Source: Anolis carolinensis (lineage: Eukaryota). Taken from it: DNA of 64,000 bases. Shown here one piece after another: positions 25,930 through 36,699 of this stretch. Below the pieces are notes generated by a model. That model had not been told where the DNA came from. It saw nothing but the letters and a program-made list of their open reading frames with translations, and made no database searches. The stretch is taken from positions 209,204,107 through 209,268,106 of the forward strand of contig NC_085844.1 of NCBI RefSeq assembly GCF_035594765.1, given 5' to 3'. Position numbers and translations under genes: made by a program. Numbering within the stretch: position 1 is the stretch's first letter; each line of letters opens with the position of its first letter.

Positions 25930-26318
25930 TTTGAAGAGAATCTGGGCTCCCAGAAGTTTTGAACATTGAAGAACCTTCTGTTATAGATACAAAGAGTAAA
26001 TGTGTCGGGTAGTAATCTACTCTCCGCTTGAAATTCTCCACAATGTATCAATTATGATGATGACAACAATGATTTTACTGACATCAATGTACGTATTTAG
26101 TTTAACAAAGGCCATAAGCCTGAAGGTACATAAACCACAAGGACAAAAGTGTGATGTGCCAGCAAAAGGATCACAAAAGGATTTCTGCATGCACCTGAGC
26201 TCTGAAATACCAGTATTTGCATAAATGTAATCAGAGTGAGGACTGATTCATGTGGCAAAGTCTGCTATGTATTGTTATGAGCTATTTGAGCATACAAAAC
26301 TTCGAAATACACAATTAG

Positions 26319-27281
26319 TTGGTTTGGTGTGAGTTTTCCAGGCTGTATGACCATGTTCCAGAAGCATTCTCTCCTGACGTTTCACCCACATCTATGGCAG
26401 GCATCCTTAGAGGTTGTGAGGTCTTTTGGAAACTAGGCATGTGGGGTTTATATATCTGTGGAATGTCCAGGGTGGGAGAAGTAACTCTTGTCTGTTTGAG
26501 GAAAGTGTGAATGTTGCAATCAGCCAGCTTGATTAGCGTTTAATAGCCTGGCAGCTTCAAAGCCTGGCTGCTTCCTGTCTGGGGGAATCCTTTGTTGAAG
26601 TGCTAACTGCTCCTGATTTTTTCTTGTCTGGAATTCCCCTGTCTTCTGAGTGTTGTTCTTTTTTTTTTTTACTGCCTTGATTTTAGGGTTTTTTTTAATA
26701 CTGGTAGCCAGATTTGATCATTTTCATGTTTTCCTCCTTTCTGTTGAAATTGTTCACATGTTTGTGGATTTAAATGGCTTCTCTGTGTAGTCTGACACGG
26801 TAGTTGTTAAGAGTGGTCGAGCATTTCTGTGTTCACAAATAATATTCTGTGTCCAAGTTGGTTCATCAAGTGCTCTGCTATGGCTGACGTCTCTGGTTAA
26901 GTCTGCAGTGCCTTTCATGTTCCTTTCATGTTGCTTGATTCATGTTTGGGCAATGATGGTGCCTATATAGACTTGTCCACAGCTGCATGGTATACAGTAG
27001 ACTCCTGCAGAGCTGAGAGGATCCTTCCTGTCCTTTACTGAACGTAGCATTTGCTGAATTTTCTTAGTGGAGCTGTAGATAGTTTGTAGATTGTGTTTCT
27101 CCATCAGCTTCCCTATGCGGTCAGGGGTTCCCTTGATGTACAGTAAAAACACTTTCCCCCTTGCCTAGTTTCCAACAGACTTCACAACCTCTGAGGATAC
27201 CTGCCATAGTTGTGGGTGAAACGTCTGGAGAGAATGCTTCTGGAACTTGGCCATACAGCTCGGAAAACTCATAGCAATCCA
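26319..27281 (-). mobile_element. Penelope-like retroelement, truncated, with inverted terminal arms
   Basis: GIY-YIG endonuclease fragment GVYCIPCSCGQVYIGT (ORF 26940-27152); 26319-26440 is an inverted copy of 27161-27281. Confidence 0.88.
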
Positions 27282-27499
27282 CAAATAGCCTAGGTGTTTG
27301 ACAATATCCTAAGTGACTCACATCCAGTGATTCCAGCCATGAAAGCCTTCGACAACACACAATACGTTCAATTGGCAATCTTCTGTGTGTACAATTTCAG
27401 GTCACGTTTTAAAAACCTAAAATATATAGCACTTTTCCCACATGAAAAAAAAAATACTTTTCCCTCGGAAAGCCCATTCTTTCTCTTCTTTCCCATTAC

Positions 27500-28160
27500 C
27501 TTCTGCTTGAAGTGAAGGGAGGACGCGGCCTAGTCCCGTTCAGGTCCTTCCCTCAGGCCTCGCAAGATGGCATCGCAATGAGCCTGAAAATGACTGTTTT
27601 ATATTAGGTTAACCGATAATAAATAGATCTACTTTATTTTTTTATTTTAGAAAATTACACTGAACAGATTCCCGAACTCAAGACGAAAGGAAATCTGAGC
27701 TTAGCAGAACTGACTTGAAAACCACAACTTGCAGAATTCTGGGAATTGTAGTACAAATGAAGTCGAGGGCAATGTTGTGGTACTGCGCATGTGCTCCACG
27801 CATGCGCAGTAGCAACCGGGCCAATTCAGCGTATTGACCATTCCCAACAGGGTGGAGAATTCGGCGCATGCGTGTTGCCCCGAGGAGTCGCGCTCTTCTC
27901 TCCACTCGCGAGAGGCGCAATCCCTTTGGCAAGCAAGGGAGGATCGCGTCGACAGGGGGCGCTGTGGCGCTTAGGCGCGGGAAGTTTTTCAAAGCTATAG
28001 AGATCCCTGTTTGGCGGGAAAAGAAGCTTTGCGGTCTCTTTCCGTGTGAGATCCAGGCCTGGTTCTCCCAAGACGGCAAAGGAGGCGCTTGGAAGGCGTT
28101 TTGCCACCTCGGAGACCCTCTCTTCTCTCGCTTCCCACATTTTCTGCAACGCTGACAGTA
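27500..28160. promoter_or_regulatory. Bidirectional CpG-rich promoter shared by AP4B1 (-) and DCLRE1B (+)
   Basis: CpG-dense region between head-to-head genes. ZNF143/SBS motif TCTGGGAATTGTAGT (27738-27752), NRF1-like GCGCATG(C/T)G-type sites near 27785, 27798 and 27864, CCAAT near 27821, ETS-like GGGAAGT near 27979. Confidence 0.8.
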
Positions 28161-28693
28161 AGCTCCTGCCTTTGGGATGGGAGAGGGCTGTCGAGGCAGG
28201 AAACGTGGCTCCGGGAATCCAGGGATCAAATCCCAGCATTGGGTCACACTCTTTCAGCCTCAGGGGAAGGTTACAATGGTAACACCCTCCCCTTTACAGT
28301 GGCGTCAGTTGGCTTGATGCCACCACCTTCTGTAGCAGACCATACATAACCGTATTCCTTCCTCTGAAATAATAATAATAACAACAACTTTATTTTTGTA
28401 CCCGTCCTCCATCTCCCCAAAGGGACTCGGGGCGGCTAACATGGGGCAATGCCCAAACAATTTTAATAAAACAAAATAAAATACAAAGAAGACACACAAC
28501 AACATCCGGTAAAAATGCTTATACAATAACAGTAAAAGAAAACATAAAAATGGTAACATAAAGTATGAAAACAGTACAAAATGTAAACTAGGGCGAGCTG
28601 GGCCAAAGTGCGAAGTGCGGAAATTGTAAAACCTGTGGGTGAGGTAGATAATGCTGCATGTAATGGGAAACTCGGGTGGGATAAACAATACCA

Positions 28694-28766
28694 CCCACAG
28701 CATTTGGCATCCGTTTGGCGATTTCCCCTTCAAGTATTAACCAGGCCTGGTCCTGCATAGCTTCCA
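28694..28766 (-). mobile_element. 5S rRNA-derived SINE head (not a functional 5S gene)
   Basis: Reverse complement GGAAGCTATGCAGGACCAGGCCTGGTTAATACTTGAAGGGGAAATCGCC..TGCTGTGGG resembles the 3' half of 5S rRNA; diverged and partial. Confidence 0.65.
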
Positions 28767-29052
28767 GAGTATTGCTCTTTGGGTGCTTACCTGCAGCCCC
28801 CTACAATGTCCGTCTTTTGGACTTCAGGTCTTTTGGACTTCAACTCACACAATTCCTAACAGCCGGAAATAGCACTATGGGGATGCACTGGGTCTATCAC
28901 AAGTCATGTGGCTGCAGAAGCTTTCAGGAGCCTTTGGCCATGTGTTGAATTTCACGTCCCAGGTGTCAAAAATGTTCCTCATCCTTGCTATGAGATTGAC
29001 TTCCTAATAAATATATACAAGCAGTCCCAAGAACAGGTACATTTTGTAAGTG

Positions 29053-29054
<2 letters not shown>

Positions 29055-29103
<49 letters not shown>
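29055..29103. repeat. (CT)n(AT)n compound microsatellite
   Basis: Direct reading. Confidence 0.95.
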
Positions 29104-29139
29104 CCACACACATACGAGCGCACATGCACATACACATAA

Positions 29140-29436
29140 CTTTTGGATAGCATAGGGAAGGGTTAACACCCCTGTGAGATTTGTTTTGCTGTCTGCCCAT
29201 TGAGAAGATTTCACCTCACTATCTGTCCCTGTGATAATTGGATTTTGAAAAATGTGGCTTGTTGTGGGAACAAGGATTGGTGATAACGTTACACTGGAGA
29301 CACCTTTTCCCCATGATAACTCTTTCAGGAGTGAATTTCCTTTCTGGGGGGTAGATTTATATCACTACCTGTTGTCTCACCCCCATTCTTCACTATGAGA
29401 TGTAAGTCAGATGCTTGTAGCTCAGGGACTACCTGT
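29140..29436. mobile_element. Tc1/mariner (Tigger-like) DNA element fragment; related copies at about 6440-6581 and 33120-33495
   Basis: Shared internal sequence (cccatgataactct...; aggggtagatt) and terminal ggactacctgt(a). Confidence 0.6.
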
Positions 29437-29774
29437 CCTGAATTCACCTCTCATTTAATTCACTGGGATTTGCCATGAATAAATATTGAGGATTAATTAG
29501 CAAGCAGTGCTACCCCATTCTCACATTATTTTTCTTCATTTGCAGTTAGCAGTGGATACCAATAAGAATATTACCCTATTATTAGCCTGCTTTTGGTTCC
29601 ATTTATAATCCTTAATTCTCATATATTCATTCTGGATATACATATTCATGTCTCGTTCATTGTTTTCTATTGAACGCTGTTAGCATTCCAACCCACTCCA
29701 ACCTTTTCCATGAAAAAAGCAATAACGAAGGAATATTCCAATTTCTCCCTCTTGTTTTTGCAGGACCTGGAGGG

Positions 29775-29963
29775 ATGAATGGGACTCTGATTCCCGGAAC
29801 ACCCATCGCAGTGGACTTCTGGAATATCAGGAAAGCTGCCCAGGCCCGCTTGTTCTTCCTCTCCCATATGCACACGGACCACACAGTGGGGCTCTCCAGT
29901 ACCTGGAACCGGCCTATTTATTGTTCTCCTCTTACTGGCCAAATCCTGCGTCTCAAGCTGAAG
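29775..29963 (+). CDS. DCLRE1B: DCLRE1B (Apollo/SNM1B) first coding exon; full CDS join(29775-29963,30050-30215,32538-32720,33530-34683) = 563 aa
   Basis: [16 protein letters not shown]...[18 protein letters not shown] carries the MBL HxHxDH motif; 189 nt; donor AAG|gtacgc; acceptor 11 nt upstream of the ATG. Confidence 0.95.
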
Positions 29964-30049
29964 GTACGCTTAGGCACAGATCTGTTGTCTTCTCCCATTT
30001 CACACAGAGAGGCCTATCATTAACTGTCATGCCTTCATTTTAATTCTAG

Positions 30050-30215
30050 GTGAGTGAGCAATGGATCCATCCTCTAGAAGTGGGAGAGAGCCATGTCTTG
30101 GCCTTGGATGAGATTGGGAAAGAGACCATGACAGTGACCTTGATTGATGCTAATCACTGTCCCGGATCTGTCATGTTTCTTTTTGAAGGCTACTTTGGAA
30201 TCATCCTATACACAG
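30050..30215 (+). CDS. DCLRE1B: DCLRE1B coding exon 2
   Basis: [15 protein letters not shown]...[25 protein letters not shown]|gtatgg; 166 nt. Confidence 0.95.
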
Positions 30216-30849
30216 GTATGGACTTCACTGTTCACAAGAGACAGGAAGTTCTCATGTTAGAGTTGAGCTTTTATTGCCTTCTGTGTTCCAGTTCTGCGGC
30301 TTCTTTGTTTGTCCCTCCATACAAACATTTTTATTACAACCTTTAGCTGTCTCATAGAAGGCACCTTATAAATAGAATTTGGAAGTAAGGAGATAACAGT
30401 GAGTTAGAATGAGGTTGACTTTCAAAAATAGCATAATAAGTGGAAATGAAGGTACCACTTCATGTGGTAGAAATAACATTTTAAAGTTGGTTTCAAAGTA
30501 TTTAAAGTGGCATTTAGCAGGAGATTTTTCAATTTTTTGTAAAAAAAACAAACAAAAAAAACCCCTGAAATGCAACAAAAAAGTAATGAGCAAAACAAGA
30601 AGGAAAGAATTACCTTTAAAAAGTAGCAGTAATTAGTTACTTTTTGAACACTAAAACAAATAATAACAAATTACTTTTTTTAAAGGTGATTTTCCAAGCT
30701 TGCCTATAATAATAGACTTTAAAAACATAGTCTTTTTATTTTTTTATTTTTACCATAATTGCATTGCAAATGTTACACATTTTGGTCAAGATATAATGCA
30801 ATACATTGGTGCCCTTGCTTCCCGTCCCTCCCCTTTGGTTTTCTTCCTA

Positions 30850-31735
30850 GAGAGGGTGGTGAAATGCTGACAGGAGATAGGGAAAAGACAAAACTACTCA
30901 ACATATCTTATTCGCCTCAGTTTTCTCCCATAAGGAAATAAGTGTTCAACTTGAGCAATATGGGACAGACAAGGTAATGGGGATATGCAACCCAAAATAG
31001 GTAAAGAAATACGCAAGGAATACCTGGCTACTCTAAACAAATCAAAGTTTTCAGGGCCAGATGAACTACATCCAAGGGCATTGAAGGAACTAGCAGAAGT
31101 AATTTCAGAACCACCTTTGAGAATTCTTGGAGAACGAGAGAAGTTCCAGCAGACCGGAGAAGGGAAAATGTCCCTATCTTCAAGAAGGGAAAAAATTAGG
31201 ACCTAAACAATTACCATCCAGTCAGCCGGACTTCAATATCAAGGGAAGATTCTAGAGCAGATCATTAAGGATCATTAAGGCCATCACTTAGAAAGGAATG
31301 CTGTGATCACTAAAGATAAACATGGATGTCACAAAAACAAGTAATGCTGGACTAATCCTATCTGTTTTTTCGATAAGAGTTACAAGCTTGGTAGATGCAG
31401 GAACTGCTGAGGATGTAGCATATCTTGATTTCAGTCAGGCCTTTGACAAAGTCCCCCATGACCTTCTTACAAACAAACTATTTAAATGTGGGCTAGATAA
31501 TATTACTGTTCGGTGGATCTGTAATTGGTTAAGCATCTGAACCCAAAAAGTGCTCACTAATTGTTCCTCTTCATCCTGGAAAAAAGTGACTAGTGGGGTG
31601 CCGCATGGTTCGGGCCTGGGCCTAGTACTGTTTGTTAATGACTTGGATGAAGGCTTTGAGGGCGTACTTGTCAAATTTGCAGATGACACCAGATGGCCCA
31701 TGTGGTCTCTTCCAACTCTATTATTTTATGAATCT
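30850..31735 (+). mobile_element. CR1 LINE RT fragment with internal deletion
   Basis: GPDELHPRALKELAEVISEP, YLDFSQAFDKVPHDLL and KFADDT motifs, joined directly to the CR1 3' tail. Confidence 0.88.
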
Positions 31736-31759
31736 GTTGATTTCCTGTTTCCTAGGCAA

Positions 31760-32335
31760 GAGACATTATTACTTTGAAGATGTATACAGGGTATTTTCGA
31801 AGATAGTAACACTAGATTAGACTCCCTGGCTAATCTTGTTCCTAGATAATTTTTGAGATGAAATTTTACCTGGTTCAGTCTTATTCAAAGCCTTCTATCC
31901 ATAGTTGTGAGTGTTCTCTTTTGAGCAATTTTAGAAATGGTTCCCCGTCCCTTTTGTAGTTGTTTTGTGTTTTTTCCTCAGAGCATCATTGTTAATTTAT
32001 CGATTTCTGCCAGATTAAAAAATTGTGAAATCCACTTTTCTGCGGTTGGCATTTTTTAGTTTTCTGCAAATAACATTCTCACCCAAATTATCATGTATTG
32101 TAATGGTTTTGCCTTTGTTGATTTCACTTGTCCATTCTGTAGTTCAGGGTTCAGTTGAATTGTAATTTTGATTTATTTTTTTTTGCAGTTGTTCTTGCAT
32201 TGAGTTCCAAAACTGTTTTGCTTTAGGTCTACCACATGGGGGAAATGTTCTTTGCCACACTCCCAGCATGTATTACTCATGCTCTTATCCATTTTAACAA
32301 TTCTTCTCAGAATTAGATACCACCTGAACAAATTG
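31760..32335 (-). mobile_element. L1 3' fragment (decayed)
   Basis: Minus strand encodes RWY...CWECGK..H...FW, an L1 C-terminal cysteine-rich region like that at about 58450-58590. Confidence 0.55.
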
Positions 32336-32537
32336 TATAGGTCAGGGATATTTTGTCTGGTGTACTGGTTGGAGTGTGAAAAAAGAAAATTTTAATCCCC
32401 ACAGAGTTATAAATAAGTAGCACTTGTCTTCCATAAGCAAGCCACACAAACCTGTTGCAACAATAAATCAATTAATAAATTAACTGCATGACTTTCTGTA
32501 ACAGTAACCAAAGAAGGGAACTTTCATTTCTCTCTAG

Positions 32538-32720
32538 GTGATTTCCGCTACTCTCCAAACATGCAGCAGGAGGAGGCTCTGAAGAATAAAAAGCTTATCA
32601 ACACCTTGTACCTGGACAATACCAACTGCTATCCTAGTTTTGTCTTACCATCCAGAGAAACAGCAACTGAACAAATCAAAGAAGTGATTAGGGCCCATCC
32701 ATCTCACCTCGTTAAGATTG
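32538..32720 (+). CDS. DCLRE1B: DCLRE1B coding exon 3
   Basis: ctag|(G)DFRYSPNM...[33 protein letters not shown]|gtaag; 183 nt; absent from the ORF track. Confidence 0.95.
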
Positions 32721-33529
32721 GTAAGAAACATTAATAGATTCAGAAGAATTTTTGCACTGTTTCATTGAGATAGAGAATCTTTGGGACAGTGACCTACATA
32801 AGATGAGAAACGTGTTGTTCTCAAGATGTTATTGAATTGCAATCTTCTCACTCACTGGCTTTACTGGCTAATGTGGAACCTAACACTTAATGGCCCAAAT
32901 TCCTATTGTTGATTCAGAGACGCAGTCTAGAGAGAATATGGAATTTATTGAAGGGGTTATGTTCCAGATCGAACTCTGAAGTAAGAGGTTGTCAGTTAAA
33001 CTGTAGTTACTATATCAGAAACACGTGTAGTAACGTCAGCTTAGGGCATTTCACTCCAGAGATTGAATGTAATAAAATCAGGCTGTCTAGCACAGGCAGC
33101 GCTGAGTTACAAACAACTCATAGATAAGAGCACAGGTTAGGCAATGGGAAGTGAGAGGGAATCTACCCCTAGGAAGATAAATTCTCTTCTGTAAGAGTTA
33201 TCATGGGGAAAAGGCTTATTTGCTGAAGTTTTATCACCAAACCTTGTTTCTACAAGCCAAATTTTTCAAACTCCAGTTATCACTGGGAGAGAAAATGAGG
33301 TCAAATCTCCCAAACGAGCACAGACAGCAAACCAAACACCACTGGGGTGTTAGCCCTTTCCTATGCTACCCAAAACTAAAAAAAATAAAAATGGCTGGAG
33401 TTACACTTAAAAATGCACCTGTTCGAACTTACATACAAATTCATCTTAACAAACCTACAGAATTTGTCTTGTTTGCAACCCAAGGACTACCTGTATTTGA
33501 AATGCTTACAGTTCTCTGCTTTCTTCTAG

Positions 33530-34683
33530 GTATCTACACTTTGGGAAGGGAATCCCTCTTGGTAGAACTGGCTCACGAATTCCACACTTGGATTGTAGTG
33601 AGTCCTCGGAGGCTGGAAATCATGCATCTGCTGGGATTGGATGATGTGTTTACTTCTGAGGAATGGGCTGGGAGGATTCACGCTGTGGATTTTTCTGAAA
33701 TCCGCCAAGCAACTATGATCAGCTGGAATCAGATTCATCCAACCATAGCCGTTCTCCCCACCAGCCGACCAGTGAAGATCAACCATCCCGGTGCTTATGT
33801 TGTACCCTATTCAGACCATTCCTCTTTCGAAGAGTTGCTGGAGTTTGTAGCTTGGCTAAAGCCTTGTTCCATAATCCCAGTGGTAAAAAGTGAGACATGT
33901 CAGATACATTTCCAGCAATATTTGACACCTTGGAATGGCTCCGTTCTGGAGTCCAGAGTCCCTGAATCAGTGACAAGATTCATGCAAAGTAGCAGGAAGT
34001 GGGAAAGGCCCTTCAAGGTGCAAAAACAGACTTCCATGCACCATGTGCCTAGAGGAGTTTTGTTTGAATCCTTAGAAGAATGTATTCATCCCATTGAAAA
34101 TGACTGCAGTGAAGAAATGCCCCAGCAAAGCTGCTCAGAACCCATGAAAGGATGTGTGTCTTCCTGTAAAGAAGAGTGTGTTGAATGTGAGGAGGAGAAA
34201 GAGAAAAATGAGGCAGAACCAAAAGCCCTTCAAAGCCAACAAGAAACTTTACCAATGCAATCTCCTTGTGTGACGTCCACACAGAAGCTAGACAACTTCA
34301 ATAAATCTCAAAAATGTCAGACTGCTCCAGAAGCAACACAAACAAACTCTTTATCAATGTCAAAGGGGGAGGCCTGTTTCACAGTCAGACAGTTCCCTGC
34401 AAGGAGGGACAAATTGTGCCATTTGGCCACAGAAAAACATGTTCTCTCAGCATCACTACATGCTCTTCAGGCTGAGATGCCGGGCAAGTTCACACTAAAG
34501 TATGAAGCATTCCAGCTGCTCAGTGACCAGCCTTCACGAAGCCTTCTCCCAGAATACGATTTGTCTCCACTCAACAGTCGAAAGCAATGGTCTGTATATG
34601 ACTTTGACTGGCAGGTTGAAAACTACTTAAAAAGAGGGAAAGAGTCTGCAGGTGTGGACCAATGCAAATTTGTGCTCAGATAA
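33530..34683 (+). CDS. DCLRE1B: DCLRE1B last coding exon (beta-CASP domain plus C-terminal tail with TRF2-binding YxLxP)
   Basis: ctag|(G)IYTLGRESLL...VPYSDHSSFEEL...YDLSP...*; AATAAA at 34805-34810. Confidence 0.95.
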
Positions 34684-34966
34684 AAATCTCTGGTAAAACC
34701 CAAAGCCCACGAACCAAGTTCCAAGAGCAAATAGTGACAGAACAATTTTAGTGTTACATTTTTCAAGTTGAATTTGTAAGATTTTATCCTTCATTGTTAA
34801 TGAAAATAAATCACAACCAACTTGGTTCAGAAGAAGAGCTAGAACTACAAGCAGGATGGTTTGCCTCTTGACCCTTTCAGAAATTTTGCAGTCTTAGGAG
34901 TTCCTATGAACATTAAGTGGACTGCTCACACTGGAGAGCTACCCCCTTTCAAAGTTTATAAAATAA

Positions 34967-36691
34967 CTAGCTGTTCCCGGCCACGCGTTGCTGTGGCGAA
35001 GTATGGTGGTATGGGAAATAAAGTATTGAGGAATTGGTGGTAGTTAAGGTCAAGGGTAAAGGTTTTCCCCAGACATTAAGTCCAGTCGTGTCTTACTCTG
35101 GAGGTTGGTGCTCATCTCCATTTCTAAGCCGAAGAGCCGGCGTTGTCCATAGACTCCTCCAAGGTCATGTGGGATGACTGCATGGAGTGGCGTTACCTTC
35201 CCGCTGGAGCAGTACCTATTGATGCACTCACATTTGCATGTTTTCGAACTTCTGGGTTGGCAGAAGCTGGGGCTAACAGTGGGGGCTCTCTCCGCTCCCC
35301 CAATTCAAACCTGTGGCCTTTCGGTCCAGAAGTTCAGCAGCTCAGCGCTTTAACACGCTGCGCCATCAGGGGATATTATTTCCTAAAGGTTGTGAATATA
35401 CAATATTCCTGATTGGTTTTTTTTGTTTGTTGGAGGCAAGTATGAATGCTGCAATTAGGAGAAATGATTAGGATGTAATGGCCTTGCAGCTTTAAAGCCT
35501 GGCTGTTTTCTCCCTGAGTGAATTTTTTGTTGGGAGGTGTTAGCTGGCCCTGATTGTTTCCTGTCTGGAATTCCCTTGTTTTCAGAGTGGTGTTGTTTGC
35601 GATATTTTATGTGCGTCTACTGTCTGTGGCCCTGAGAAAACAGGATTTGCCAGACTTTGATGATGGGAATACTTTGTTGGGAGGTGTTAGCTGGCCCTGA
35701 TTGTTTCCTGTGTGGAATTCCCCTGTTTATTTACTGTCCTGGTTTTAGAGATTATATTGTTCTGCATTATTCTATCCCAGTAATTATTTCATATTAAAGA
35801 AGAATCTCACTTATCTAACATTCGCTTATACAATGGATTATCCAACGCAGTCTGCCTTTTCATAATCAATGTTTTTGTAGTCAGTCTTTTAAATTAATTG
35901 TGATATTTTAGTCGTAAATGTGTAAATACAGTACAGTAGAGTCTCACTTATCCAACATAAACGGGCCGGCAGAACGTTGGATAAGCGAATATGTTGGATA
36001 ATGAGGAATTAAGGATAACCCTATTAAACATCAAATTAAGTTATGATTTTACAAATTAAGCACCAAAACATCATGTTAGACAACAAATTTGACAGAATCC
36101 CTTTTCCTGAATCCCTTCTTATTATCCAACATATTCACTTATCCTGCCGGCCTGTTTGCATTGGATAAGTGAGACTCTACTGTATATTTCTAATCTTATA
36201 TTATCTGCTCAGAACTGGATTATATGAGGCTCCTTCTTCACAGCTGTATAAAATGCACACTGAAGTGGATTATATGGCAGTGTGGAGTCAAGATAATCCA
36301 GTGCAAAGCAGATAATATAAGATTATAAATGGGTTATATAGCTGTGTTGAAGGGCCTTGAGTCTACACTGCCATATAATCTAGTGCAAATTAGATAATCT
36401 GTGGAAGAAGTCTAAGTGAGGCCTAAATCTGCCTGTCCCCTAACTGAAACCTGGCTGTCCCTTGGTTGCTAGGCAACCAAGTGGGCAGAGATTAGCCCTC
36501 TAAACTGGCAGCAATTGGATTAAAAAATTATTGCTCTCCCTCTCATTAGGACTTTATTTTTCTTTTCTTTTTGTTGTATCAACCTTGAGGCGTGGATGAT
36601 GGGTTGTGTTGTCAAATTTTGAGGTTGGGGGGCCTGTACTTTTGTTGTTTTGTGAGTCGCCATGATGCCATCACTCTTTTATATATATAGA
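34967..36691 (-). mobile_element. Non-autonomous Helitron, copy 1 (1725 bp), carrying captured TE fragments
   Basis: Minus strand: 5' TCTATATATATAAAAGAG; GC-rich hairpin GCCACAGCAACGCGTGGC 13 nt from the CTAG-3' end; inserted between A(34966) and T(36692) with no TSD. Second copy at 62167. Confidence 0.85.
35045..35371 (-). mobile_element. Sauria SINE carried inside the Helitron (also 62245-62571)
   Basis: Plus-strand aaggtcaagggtaaaggtt is the ACCTTT-type tail; characteristic body; tRNA-like head at the right end. Confidence 0.8.
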
Positions 36692-36699
36692 TAGACTAG

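Noticed and set aside
27678-28349. Overlapping ORFs of 69-189 aa
   Set aside because: Promoter CpG island artefact; no homology recognised.
28694-28766. Possible 5S rRNA gene
   Set aside because: Partial and diverged; better explained as a SINE head.
33220-33529. N-terminal ~103 aa of the 487-aa ORF
   Set aside because: Intronic DNA-transposon sequence that happens to be in frame; the true acceptor is at 33529/33530 and Apollo similarity starts at GIYTLG.
35143-35412. 89-aa ORF duplicated at 62343-62612, suggesting a small gene family
   Set aside because: Antisense reading of the Sauria SINE inside the two Helitron copies.
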